NCBI GenBank assembly: GCA_964014485.1 | Contig: CAXHAT010000040.1 | Coordinates: 1 to 46,962, forward strand | Direction: 5' to 3' | Length of the DNA stretch: 46,962 nucleotides | Source of the DNA: an uncultured Deferribacteres bacterium | Lineage (GTDB): Bacteria; Zhuqueibacterota; Zhuqueibacteria; Zhuqueibacterales; Geothermadaptataceae | Shown: in pieces, positions 27,740 through 35,833 of the stretch | How positions within the stretch are numbered: the stretch's first letter is position 1 | How the letters are laid out: each line of letters starts with the position of its first letter | Notes under the pieces: generated by a model | What the model was told of the DNA's origin: nothing | The model's input: only the letters and a program-made list of their open reading frames with translations | Databases searched by the model: none | Made by a program: the position numbers and the translations under genes

Positions 27740-28603
27740 ATGTCTATCACTATCCCAGATGCATCTTGGTATAAAAGAAAAAGCTCTAAAGTGGATGCTC
27801 CTGCTTCATGCCCTTATGCAAATGTACATAAATGCCGAAGGTATTACGCAAGCATCCGCGTGCTTGGGGAGGCTGGAATGATAACTGATATCAGAGATGA
27901 TAAAAAAAAGGCTTTAGATGCATTTTGGGAAGATTCTGGATTATCGCCAGTTATAGCCGAAGAAGACACTGGCATAATGGGAGCTAATGGCAGATCGAGT
28001 ATTTTTACTAATTTTTGCCCTGAGGTGTCTTATGCTTATTTTAATTATTACGCAAGTTTTTTGGCAAAATATGCGGATGAAATTGATGAAATTAGCGGCC
28101 ACAAAAGGGCTGAAGGCGATAATATTCCCAACGATTGGAGATTTCTTTGGGCGGATGTGACGGCATGCCATTTTTTAGATTGCAATGTTTACAATCAAGT
28201 TCATGACTTCAATTCGAAGAATATTAGCAAATTTGACGAGCTCGTTCATTCCAATATTTTAGTCTTAATAAATAGAATGAACCGATGCATAGAAGAGAAA
28301 GATCCGGCTGGTGTTTTGCATGCTGCAGCAAATATATTGGAAACAACTGCTAAAGATATTATTAAGGATGACAGTATAGAGAATCAAACTTTAGGGAGTT
28401 TCGTTTATAAATACGAGAAAGAATCAAAACTACCCGAAGAGATAAAGAGCATAGTTGGGAAAATATACAATCTAAGAAGCAAGATGCCTTTATCCGGGCA
28501 TGGTAGCACTCGCTCACCAAATATAGAAATGCAAGATGCAGTTGTGATTGCTGCTGTAACAAAATGTATTGTTGAAATTGAATATCGTATTCAACAAATT
28601 TAG
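27740..28603 (+). CDS. AT-rich hypothetical protein: Cys-rich N-domain plus Abi_C/HEPN-like C-domain
   Basis: CPYANVHKCRRYY, NFCPE and CHFLDC in the N-half. DPAGVLHAAANILETTAKDII...LRSKMPLSGHG in the C-half. Visibly lower GC than its neighbours. Confidence 0.6.
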   Translation: MSITIPDASWYKRKSSKVDAPASCPYANVHKCRRYYASIRVLGEAGMITDIRDDKKKALDAFWEDSGLSPVIAEEDTGIMGANGRSSIFTNFCPEVSYAYFNYYASFLAKYADEIDEISGHKRAEGDNIPNDWRFLWADVTACHFLDCNVYNQVHDFNSKNISKFDELVHSNILVLINRMNRCIEEKDPAGVLHAAANILETTAKDIIKDDSIENQTLGSFVYKYEKESKLPEEIKSIVGKIYNLRSKMPLSGHGSTRSPNIEMQDAVVIAAVTKCIVEIEYRIQQI

Positions 28604-28754
28604 CAATCATATCACCCGGACTTTGAAACAGAGTTAGCCTATTGGCGTTTGGAGCTTCGCAGAATTTTTGTTGTCCATTTAGAAGTACTTTTACGTTTCA
28701 CCCCCACTTTTGCTAACCGATAGATATTCTTACAACCAAAAGTCGCAATAAGGA

Positions 28755-29513
28755 TCAACCGTAGCGGCCTTCGATGTAGTCGGCGGTTTTTTTGTGTTTG
28801 GGGTTGAGAAAGAGGTCTTCGGTGCGGGCGTGCTCGACGATTTCGCCCAGATACATGTAAATGCACTCGTGGCTGGCCCGTCGCGCTTGCGCCATGTTGT
28901 GGGTAACGATGACAATGGTGTACTCGCCCGCCAATTCCATCATCAATTCTTCAACAGCACTGGTCGCTTCGGTATCAAGAGCGGAGCAAGGTTCATCCAT
29001 GAGAATGACTTGCGGCTTCAGGGGGAGCAGGCGAGCGATGCAGAGCTTTTGCTGTTGTTCGAGCTGCAGTTCTGTCGCCTTGGTTTTGAGCTTATCTTTA
29101 AAATCATCCCAAAGAAAAACTGTGCGCAGCGATTGCTCAACAATATCGTCAAGTTCAGATTTTTTCACGCCGCCGGAGTGGATTTTCATCCCGAAAATCA
29201 CGTTATCGTAAACCGAAATCGGCAGCGGATTGGGCCGCTGAAAAACCATGCCGACGGACTTGCGCAGTTCCGTCAACGAAACGTCTTCGTCGTAGATGTT
29301 TTTTTCGAGAATGCGAATTTCACCAGTCGTCGTCACGTAGCCGTAGCGTTCGTTCATGCGGTTGAAGCAGCGCAGCAAGGTCGACTTGCCGCAGCCGGAC
29401 GGGCCGATGAGCGATGTGATCAAACCGTCCTTTATATTGATGCTGACGTCAATCAGCGCTTGAAAATCGGCGTACCAGAGATTGAGATGTTCGGTTTCGA
29501 TACTGTATTTCAT
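28755..29513 (-). CDS. pstB: Phosphate ABC transporter ATP-binding protein (canonical Walker A/Q/B/H, degenerate signature)
   Basis: GPSGCGKST, GMVFQRPNP, ILMDEPCSALD, VTHNMAQA and C-terminal YIEGRYG. The signature reads LQLEQQQK instead of LSGGQQQR. Confidence 0.92.
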   Translation of the reverse strand: MKYSIETEHLNLWYADFQALIDVSINIKDGLITSLIGPSGCGKSTLLRCFNRMNERYGYVTTTGEIRILEKNIYDEDVSLTELRKSVGMVFQRPNPLPISVYDNVIFGMKIHSGGVKKSELDDIVEQSLRTVFLWDDFKDKLKTKATELQLEQQQKLCIARLLPLKPQVILMDEPCSALDTEATSAVEELMMELAGEYTIVIVTHNMAQARRASHECIYMYLGEIVEHARTEDLFLNPKHKKTADYIEGRYG

Positions 29514-30277
29514 TAGCCAAAAATTCCGTTGACGTAGTCATATGTCATTTTATTCGCCGTGTTGTCGGAAAAGATCACGTCGTTGTCGTCGATTTCGATC
29601 AACTCGCTGTTGAAGATAAACGCAGTTCTGTCCGCCAGCCGCCGCGCTTGCTGCACGAGGTTTGTGACCAGAATAATCGTCATTTGTGAGCGCAATTCCT
29701 TGAGTACGTCTTCAATGCGCATCGTCGTGACCGGGTCGACGGCGATGGAAAATTCATCGAGACAGAGGATTTCGGGCTGATGGGAGAGCGCCCGGGCAAT
29801 TGTCAGTCGCTGCTGCTGACCGCCCGAAAGCTTGGTGCCGAGGCTGTCCAGACGATCTTCAACTTCTTCCCACAACGCCGCTTGCTTTAAACAGCGCTCG
29901 ACAAGTTCGTCCAATTCGCCTTTGTCGCGCATCCCCGCGGCGCGCGGCGCGAATGCGACGTTGTCGTAAATGGAAAGCGGCAGACCGACCGGAAGCGGAA
30001 AGACCATGCCGACGCGGCGACGCAAGCCGTGAACGTTTTTCATATCCCGCACGTTTTCCCCGTCGATTTTCACGTCGCCTTCAACTTTGGCGGTCGGAAT
30101 AAAATCTATTGTTCGGTTGATCGTCTTCAAAAACGTCGTTTTGCCGGACTGCGCCGGGCCGATGACGCCGAGAATTTCATTGCGATGAATCTCGAGTGAG
30201 ATATCCTTGAGCGCTTGTTTCTGGCCGTACCAGACGTTCAGATTTGAAATTTCGATGAATTTGTCAGAATTCGACAT
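29513..30277 (-). CDS. pstB: Phosphate ABC transporter ATP-binding protein (canonical signature, degenerate Q- and H-loops)
   Basis: GPAQSGKTT, GMVFPLP (no Gln), LSGGQQQR, LCLDEFSIAVDP, LVTNLVQQA (no His) and C-terminal YVNGIFG. Confidence 0.9.
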   Translation of the reverse strand: MSNSDKFIEISNLNVWYGQKQALKDISLEIHRNEILGVIGPAQSGKTTFLKTINRTIDFIPTAKVEGDVKIDGENVRDMKNVHGLRRRVGMVFPLPVGLPLSIYDNVAFAPRAAGMRDKGELDELVERCLKQAALWEEVEDRLDSLGTKLSGGQQQRLTIARALSHQPEILCLDEFSIAVDPVTTMRIEDVLKELRSQMTIILVTNLVQQARRLADRTAFIFNSELIEIDDNDVIFSDNTANKMTYDYVNGIFG

Positions 30278-30287
30278 GTTTTATTCT

Positions 30288-31037
30288 TCAATGTACCGTG
30301 TCAGATTCGCTCGCAGCCGCCAGGGCTGCGCCGATTATTCCTGCTTCGTTTCGTAGCTGCGCCGTAACGACTTCGACGCCGCACTTTAAATAGTCGCCCC
30401 ACTTTTTCTGTTTTTTACTCGCTCCGCCGCCAAGGACAATGAGGTTCGGCGAAAGCAGTCTGCACATATGCTCTAAATATTCGCTAAACCGTTCCGCCCA
30501 TTCCTGCCAGGACAGATCTTCCCTTTTGCGCGTTGCGTCGGAAGCGTATTGTTCAGCAATCATTCCGTGCAGCAACACATGACCGAACTCCGTGTTCGGC
30601 ACGAGTTTACCATTGACAACCAAGCAAGTGCCTAACCCGGTGCCGACGGTGACCAAGAAAATAGCGCCGCGACGATTTTTGCCAACGCCGAATTTTGCTT
30701 CCGCAAAACCGGCGGCGTCAGCGTCATTGACGACTTTGACTTTGCAGTTCGTAGCTTTTGAGAGAAGCTTTTCGACTTTGACTTCCAACCACTTCTCTGA
30801 AATATTGGCGGCGGATTTGACGACGCCGTCTAATACAATCGCCGGAAAACCGCACCCGATCGGACCTTGCCAATTAAAATGCTCAACCAGCGCGGCGACA
30901 GTCTCCGCGACAGCGTTAGGCGTTGCAGGCTGCGGCGTTGATATTCTGTGCCGCTCCGCCAAGAGCTCGCCGGTTTTCGTATTCACCAGCGCTCCTTTGA
31001 TTCCTGAACCGCCAATGTCAATGCCTAAAACTTGCAT
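30288..31037 (-). CDS. ppgK: Polyphosphate glucokinase (ROK family)
   Basis: [50 protein letters not shown] and [11 protein letters not shown]. Confidence 0.9.
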   Translation of the reverse strand: MQVLGIDIGGSGIKGALVNTKTGELLAERHRISTPQPATPNAVAETVAALVEHFNWQGPIGCGFPAIVLDGVVKSAANISEKWLEVKVEKLLSKATNCKVKVVNDADAAGFAEAKFGVGKNRRGAIFLVTVGTGLGTCLVVNGKLVPNTEFGHVLLHGMIAEQYASDATRKREDLSWQEWAERFSEYLEHMCRLLSPNLIVLGGGASKKQKKWGDYLKCGVEVVTAQLRNEAGIIGAALAAASESDTVH

Positions 31038-31054
31038 ATGGATTCCCTGACATT

Positions 31055-31187
31055 ACTGTCGAAAAACCCAAAATTGTCATGCTGGAAGCATCTTTTTTGA
31101 TCTGACCCTTGAACTTTTGAGCGTAATCTATACCGGTCGATAACAAAGATTCTTACAGAATGACATACGCGGAATTTTTCCGACAGT
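31055..31187. repeat. Small inverted-repeat element inside the pst operon
   Basis: ACTGTCGAAAAA (31055-31066) and TTTTTCCGACAGT (31175-31187) enclose TGTCATGCTG...CAGAATGACA. Confidence 0.55.
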
Positions 31188-31214
31188 CTCTTCCAGTTAA
31201 ACAAAAAAGGGAAT

Positions 31215-32120
31215 CTACCATTTTTTGCGAGAACGTAAATAAACTCTCAGACCAATTGAAATGGCGTTCATCATGAGCACTGTGCCAAGCAATGCGATGG
31301 CAGTGCCGAATTGCAGCGCGGGATTTACATCAGGAACCTGGGTTGATAGGGTAAAAAGATGCATGGAAAGCGCCATAAATTGGTCGAGCAAGCCGTAGGC
31401 GAACGGATCGCCCTCAGCAATAGCTTTGTAGAAAACAGCTCCAGTGAACATGATCGGGGCCGTTTCGCCAGCGGCGCGTGAAACTTCCAGAATCACGCCG
31501 GTGAGGATACCGCTGACCGAGTTCGGCAAAACGATTTTTTTGATCGTCTGCCATTTGGTGGCGCCTACGTTCCAGCACGCTTCGCGAAAGGCTTGCGGAA
31601 CGGCGTTGAGCGCTTCGCGCGTACCGGTAATGATGACCGGCAAATTCATAATGCCGACGGTCAATGCCGCCGCCAAAAGCGAGCGCCCGAATTGTGCTGC
31701 GAGTACAAAAGCGCCAAGTCCAAAAAGCGCATGAACAATGCTGGGAACGCCGGCCAGGTTGACAACGGCCAAGTTGCAGAAGCGCGTCAACCAGTTGTCC
31801 TTCGCATATTCATTCAAATAAATCGCGGCCATCACGCCGATGGGCCCGGCAACGCACAGCGACCCGAGCACAAGATAGATGGTGCCCAGAAACGGCGCCC
31901 AAACGCCGCCTTCGCGCATGCCGCGAATCGGATTTGAAAGGATGTAATCGAGTGAAAGAACCGGCCACGCTTTGTAAACCATGAACACGACGATTACGAT
32001 TAGGGGCGTGATCATCAAAAGCGTCATGCCCAAGAAAGCGCTTTTCGCGGCTGTTTCACTGCGTTTTGAATTGCGTGAAACTCTTGTTTCAGTAAAATGC
32101 TGTAATGCTGTCGTCTCCAA
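31215..32120 (-). CDS. pstA: Phosphate ABC transporter permease PstA
   Basis: AIYLNEY, NLAGVPSIV, REA..VGATKWQTI, SRAAGETAPI. Confidence 0.93.
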   Translation of the reverse strand: METTALQHFTETRVSRNSKRSETAAKSAFLGMTLLMITPLIVIVVFMVYKAWPVLSLDYILSNPIRGMREGGVWAPFLGTIYLVLGSLCVAGPIGVMAAIYLNEYAKDNWLTRFCNLAVVNLAGVPSIVHALFGLGAFVLAAQFGRSLLAAALTVGIMNLPVIITGTREALNAVPQAFREACWNVGATKWQTIKKIVLPNSVSGILTGVILEVSRAAGETAPIMFTGAVFYKAIAEGDPFAYGLLDQFMALSMHLFTLSTQVPDVNPALQFGTAIALLGTVLMMNAISIGLRVYLRSRKKW

Positions 32121-32141
32121 AATTTCCTTCCGCTATATCTG

Positions 32142-33044
32142 TTATTCTGTTTTGCCGCGAATGCCTTTTACCACCAGATCGGCAAGCAAATTGACGAAAA
32201 AGGTTATGGTAAAAAGCAGGATACCGATAATGAAAAGCACTTGATAATGGTCTGAACCGACCGAGGTTTCACCCAGTTCCGCCGCTATTGTCGCTGTTAG
32301 GGTGCGCACTGAATCAAGCAGGCTGGTGGGAAGGTTTACGGCATGACCTGTTGCCATAAGAACCGCCATTGTCTCGCCGATGGCTCTGCCCGCACCAAGA
32401 AGCACTGCTGCCAAAAGACCGTTTTTGGCCGCCGGCAGCAGAACTTTGTAAATCATTTGCCAACGTGAGGCGCCCAGTGCAAAGGCCGCTTCCCTGTAAG
32501 AGTCTGGAACGGCCTTCAGGGCGTCTTCACCAATGGAAACGATAATCGGCAAGCTCATGAGAGCGAGAATCATACCGCCGTTTAATACCGTCAAACCGAT
32601 AGGCGCATCAAAAAGGTCGATGATCAACCCGTTCATGATTGTGAGGCCGATGAAGCCCCATACCACCGACGGGATGGCGGCCAAAAGCTCGATGACGACT
32701 TTCAGCGTTTCCTTGGTTTTGGGACCGCTGAATTCCGAGACGTAAATTGCGGCTCCCAGGCCAAACGGCACGGCGATGACAAGCGCGAATACCGTCACGC
32801 TGAACGTTCCCGCCATCAAGGCGAGAACGCCGTAGCGCTTGTTGGAATTCGAGTCCGGGTACCATTCCGGGCTGGTGAGGAATTGGCCGAAATCGAGCCC
32901 GTCCAGGAAAAAGGGCGCGCCTTCTCTAAATACAAAGAAGAAGATACTGAATATGAAGATCATGGCGCTGACGCCCGCAAGCTTGATCAGCGTCTCAATG
33001 ATCGGTTCCGAAATCTTTTCGAAACGGCTTCGACGGTCTTGCAT
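32142..33044 (-). CDS. pstC: Phosphate ABC transporter permease PstC
   Basis: IELLAAIPSVVWG, EAAFALGASRWQ, GRAIGETMAVLM, RTLTATIAAELGE. Confidence 0.94.
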   Translation of the reverse strand: MQDRRSRFEKISEPIIETLIKLAGVSAMIFIFSIFFFVFREGAPFFLDGLDFGQFLTSPEWYPDSNSNKRYGVLALMAGTFSVTVFALVIAVPFGLGAAIYVSEFSGPKTKETLKVVIELLAAIPSVVWGFIGLTIMNGLIIDLFDAPIGLTVLNGGMILALMSLPIIVSIGEDALKAVPDSYREAAFALGASRWQMIYKVLLPAAKNGLLAAVLLGAGRAIGETMAVLMATGHAVNLPTSLLDSVRTLTATIAAELGETSVGSDHYQVLFIIGILLFTITFFVNLLADLVVKGIRGKTE

Positions 33045-33050
33045 AAAATA

Positions 33051-33968
33051 TTAATCTCCGGATGAACCGTCCCCGCCGCCAGCTTGCAACGGTACATAAC
33101 CCGATTCAGAAACCATTGCCTGTCCTGCGGCCGACATCGCCCAATCGATATACGCTTTAACTTCCGGCGTGGGTTCGCCGATGGTGTACAGGTAAAGCGG
33201 ACGTGCAACCGGGTAGTCGCCGGAGAGGGCGTTAGCAACGCTTGGTGCGAACGCTTCACCGCCCTCTTCTTTTGAAACTTTCAGCATTTTGATATGATCC
33301 GTGGCGTAGCCCATGCCGCTGTAACCAATGGCGCAAGGCGTTTTTTCAACGAGTTCGACAACGTCTTTGGAACCGTGCAGATCGCGAGAGCCAAGCTTAA
33401 AATCACCTTTCTTGCCCAACAGCGTTTCGCGAAAGTAGTGGTAGGTGCCGGAATTATTCTGGCGGCTGACGCGAATGATCTCGCCGTTTGAACAATCAGC
33501 ATTGTTGACGCCGAGCTGCGACCATTCCGTCGTCGTGCCGTTTTCTCCGTAAATTCCCGCTAATTGAGGAATTGAAATTTTTTCCATAGGGTTGTTCTGA
33601 TGGACGTAGACGGCGAGCGCGTCGAAGCCGACGATAAACTCTTTCGGCTCAACGCCGTGTGCAGCTTTGACTCGCTCAATTTCTTCCGGCTTGATGGATC
33701 GGCTGGCGTTTGCAATATCAACGGTTCCGTTGATCAATGCAGCGATGCCGGTTCCTGAACCGCCGCCTGAAACTTCTACTGATACGTTGGGGTTGACTTC
33801 AGCATACTTTTCCGCCCAAGCTTGCGCCAGGTTGACAATCGTGTCAGAACCCTGGTTCTGAATAATCATTTTTCCGCCGGAACCGCCGTCGGAAGTTCCG
33901 CCGCCACAGCCCAAAATCGCCAGACTGAGCGCGGCCGCCGCTACGATGTTAAGAATACTTTTCTTCAT
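33051..33968 (-). CDS. pstS: Phosphate ABC transporter substrate-binding lipoprotein PstS
   Basis: RBS AGGAGGAG, lipobox ILGC, QGSDT, GGGSGTGIAALING, SRQNNSGT and YPVARPLY. Confidence 0.94.
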   Translation of the reverse strand: MKKSILNIVAAAALSLAILGCGGGTSDGGSGGKMIIQNQGSDTIVNLAQAWAEKYAEVNPNVSVEVSGGGSGTGIAALINGTVDIANASRSIKPEEIERVKAAHGVEPKEFIVGFDALAVYVHQNNPMEKISIPQLAGIYGENGTTTEWSQLGVNNADCSNGEIIRVSRQNNSGTYHYFRETLLGKKGDFKLGSRDLHGSKDVVELVEKTPCAIGYSGMGYATDHIKMLKVSKEEGGEAFAPSVANALSGDYPVARPLYLYTIGEPTPEVKAYIDWAMSAAGQAMVSESGYVPLQAGGGDGSSGD

Positions 33969-33979
33969 TGTCTCCTCCT

Positions 33980-35083
33980 TCATTCATGATTGCTTTCACC
34001 GCGAATCGCTTGAATAAGGTCGCGGATATGGGTGTCAAGATATTTGTAAGTCTTTTCATACGCCGCCTGAATTTCTTCCTCCGTTCCTTGCACTTGCGAA
34101 GGGTCTTTCACTTTCCAACGAATGCTGACCGTTTTGGTCGGCGCAGGCGGCAAGGCCACCTCCGCTTCTTTGCAAAGCGAAACGATGACGGCGTAATGAT
34201 CCAGGTTGAGAATTTGGTTAAGGTATTTCGACGTTTGGTGAGAAATATCAATGTCCTTCTCTTCCATGAAATCAACAGTTTTTTTGTCGATTTCCGTTGG
34301 AGAAATTCCAGCGCTGTTGAAATGGAACCCTTCGATTCCAATGGAATCCGCGATGCCCAGCGCCATTTGCCCGCGACATGCGTCGTGTTCGTCCACGAAC
34401 AATACACGCGAGACTTCCTTGCCTTGGTGCTTAATGTTCTGGCCCGTTGTCATGTAAAGCACTTCTTCGCAAATATTGGTCGCTTGATCTGCTGCGCGCT
34501 CGAATCGACTGGCAATAATCATCAACGGCGAGAGCGCTTCAAGAGGCAGTTCGTCGCGCTCGTGGCGCTTAATCAAACTGTCATGCGCTGAAGTTCTGGC
34601 TTCGTCAACCTTGTCTTCCATCGCGATTGTCGATTTGGCCAATTCCGGATTTTGTCGCGTAAACGCCAGCAAAGCATTCTTGACCATCGGAATGGACAAT
34701 TGTGCAATTTGTGATATTTTGCCGTCACTGAACCTGTGTTCGTAGTCGCTAATCGCTAGATACTGGCGAGCGATACTTTCAGCATAATCGCCCACGCGCT
34801 CCAATTCGTTGTTGATTTTAATTGAAGCGTAGACGAACCTCAGGTGCCCTGCTACCGGTTGCTGCCGTACGATAAATTCGAGGCAAAGCCTGTCGAGCTC
34901 TTTTTCAAGCTCATCAATGTAACGATCGCGCAGAATCACCGAGTATGCCAATTCGCGATTGTTTTCCGTTAGCGCTTGCAAGCTTGACTCTAACGATGCA
35001 ACCACCAGCTCGCCCATTTCGGTGATTTTCTTCCGAATCAGGTCGGCGTCGCGTTGCAGACTTTCTTCCAAATGTGTTGACAT
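33980..35083 (-). CDS. phoU: PhoU fused to a C-terminal degenerate ArsC/LMW-PTP domain
   Basis: Two PhoU repeats (QQPVAGHLR, ELERVGD, FERAADQATNICEEV), then RVLFVDEHDACRGQMA...SAG...DISHQTSK...W.V.DP. Confidence 0.9.
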   Translation of the reverse strand: MSTHLEESLQRDADLIRKKITEMGELVVASLESSLQALTENNRELAYSVILRDRYIDELEKELDRLCLEFIVRQQPVAGHLRFVYASIKINNELERVGDYAESIARQYLAISDYEHRFSDGKISQIAQLSIPMVKNALLAFTRQNPELAKSTIAMEDKVDEARTSAHDSLIKRHERDELPLEALSPLMIIASRFERAADQATNICEEVLYMTTGQNIKHQGKEVSRVLFVDEHDACRGQMALGIADSIGIEGFHFNSAGISPTEIDKKTVDFMEEKDIDISHQTSKYLNQILNLDHYAVIVSLCKEAEVALPPAPTKTVSIRWKVKDPSQVQGTEEEIQAAYEKTYKYLDTHIRDLIQAIRGESNHE

Positions 35084-35247
35084 GATATTTTTCTTTGGGT
35101 ACGAAAATTAAAAGCCCGATTTGTCTATGAAGTGCGCTCAAAATAACCGAACCGATTATTTCTCCAACACAATTCGTTCAAAAACAAACCGTACTGTTTT
35201 CGACAAAACTTAAAGCTTTAGACGGCCTTCTAAATCTTTCGTGGCGC

Positions 35248-35301
35248 AATATATCGTGAGGTGGTTAGGGAGGTATTAATGCAATGTTAAGAAAGTGTTA
35301 A
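35248..35301 (-). promoter_or_regulatory. Putative Pho box array (four units, 11-bp period) followed by a TATATT -10 box
   Basis: Minus strand reads TTAACAC-N4-TTAACAT-N4-TTAATAC-N4-CTAACCA (35301-35262), then TATATT (35253-35248), upstream of phoU-pst. Confidence 0.75.
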
Positions 35302-35343
35302 GAAAATCTCGAGGGCGGGATTCCGCAATTTGCAAATCATGTC

Positions 35344-35371
35344 GTAGAGACGCGATGCATCGCGTCTCTAC
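35344..35371. repeat. 28-bp perfect GTAG-type REP palindrome
   Basis: GTAGAGACGCGATGCATCGCGTCTCTAC. Confidence 0.85.
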
Positions 35372-35414
35372 CAATGTGGACAAATTCGGAATTTCGTCGT
35401 GTCGATGCGGGCGT

Positions 35415-35777
35415 TTATTTGTTCACGGATTCCCATGAAATCGGGCTGACGTCGTCGTGATTCAATGTGCGCGACGCAACCCTGTCAATGCGCATGATGA
35501 GCCTGCACGCCGGATCGGGGCAAACGATGCGCGTATCGGTTTCCATCCAGTCCGCCGGATGGCATTGCCGTTGTTTGGCAGGCAAAAGCGGAATTGCGGC
35601 CTGGAGTGCGTAAAGGCAAAAATCTGAACCGTCCGGCATTGAAATTTTCCCGCCGAGAAGGTGAAAACAATCCCCGGCGGCCATGTTGCAAGTGCAATGT
35701 CCTTCGATCTTTTCAACAACGATTTTGAGATCATAAAGCTCGAATTGATCATCCCGAAGATTTTTATCTTGAGACAA
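35415..35777 (-). CDS. TIGR04076 family Cys-rich protein
   Basis: FELYDLKIVV..HCTC....GDCF, FCLYALQAAIPLLPAKQR, DWM and CPDPAC. TTG start with a GGGAG RBS. Confidence 0.85.
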   Translation of the reverse strand: MSQDKNLRDDQFELYDLKIVVEKIEGHCTCNMAAGDCFHLLGGKISMPDGSDFCLYALQAAIPLLPAKQRQCHPADWMETDTRIVCPDPACRLIMRIDRVASRTLNHDDVSPISWESVNK

Positions 35778-35833
35778 AACCGCACTCCCTCATTGTTTAA
35801 TCCGATTCTGTATGATCTTGTGTGGGTAAAACA

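Noticed and set aside
28794..29516. 240-aa plus-strand ORF and other long antisense ORFs (e.g. 13316-13894, 14459-15112, 15539-16144, 24799-25398, 33968-34591, 38232-38822, 43034-43759)
   Set aside because: They are shadows of well-supported genes on the opposite strand and show no recognisable motifs.
35415..35777. Second selenoprotein in the TIGR04076 gene
   Set aside because: All candidate positions are Cys codons and the ORF ends in TAA.
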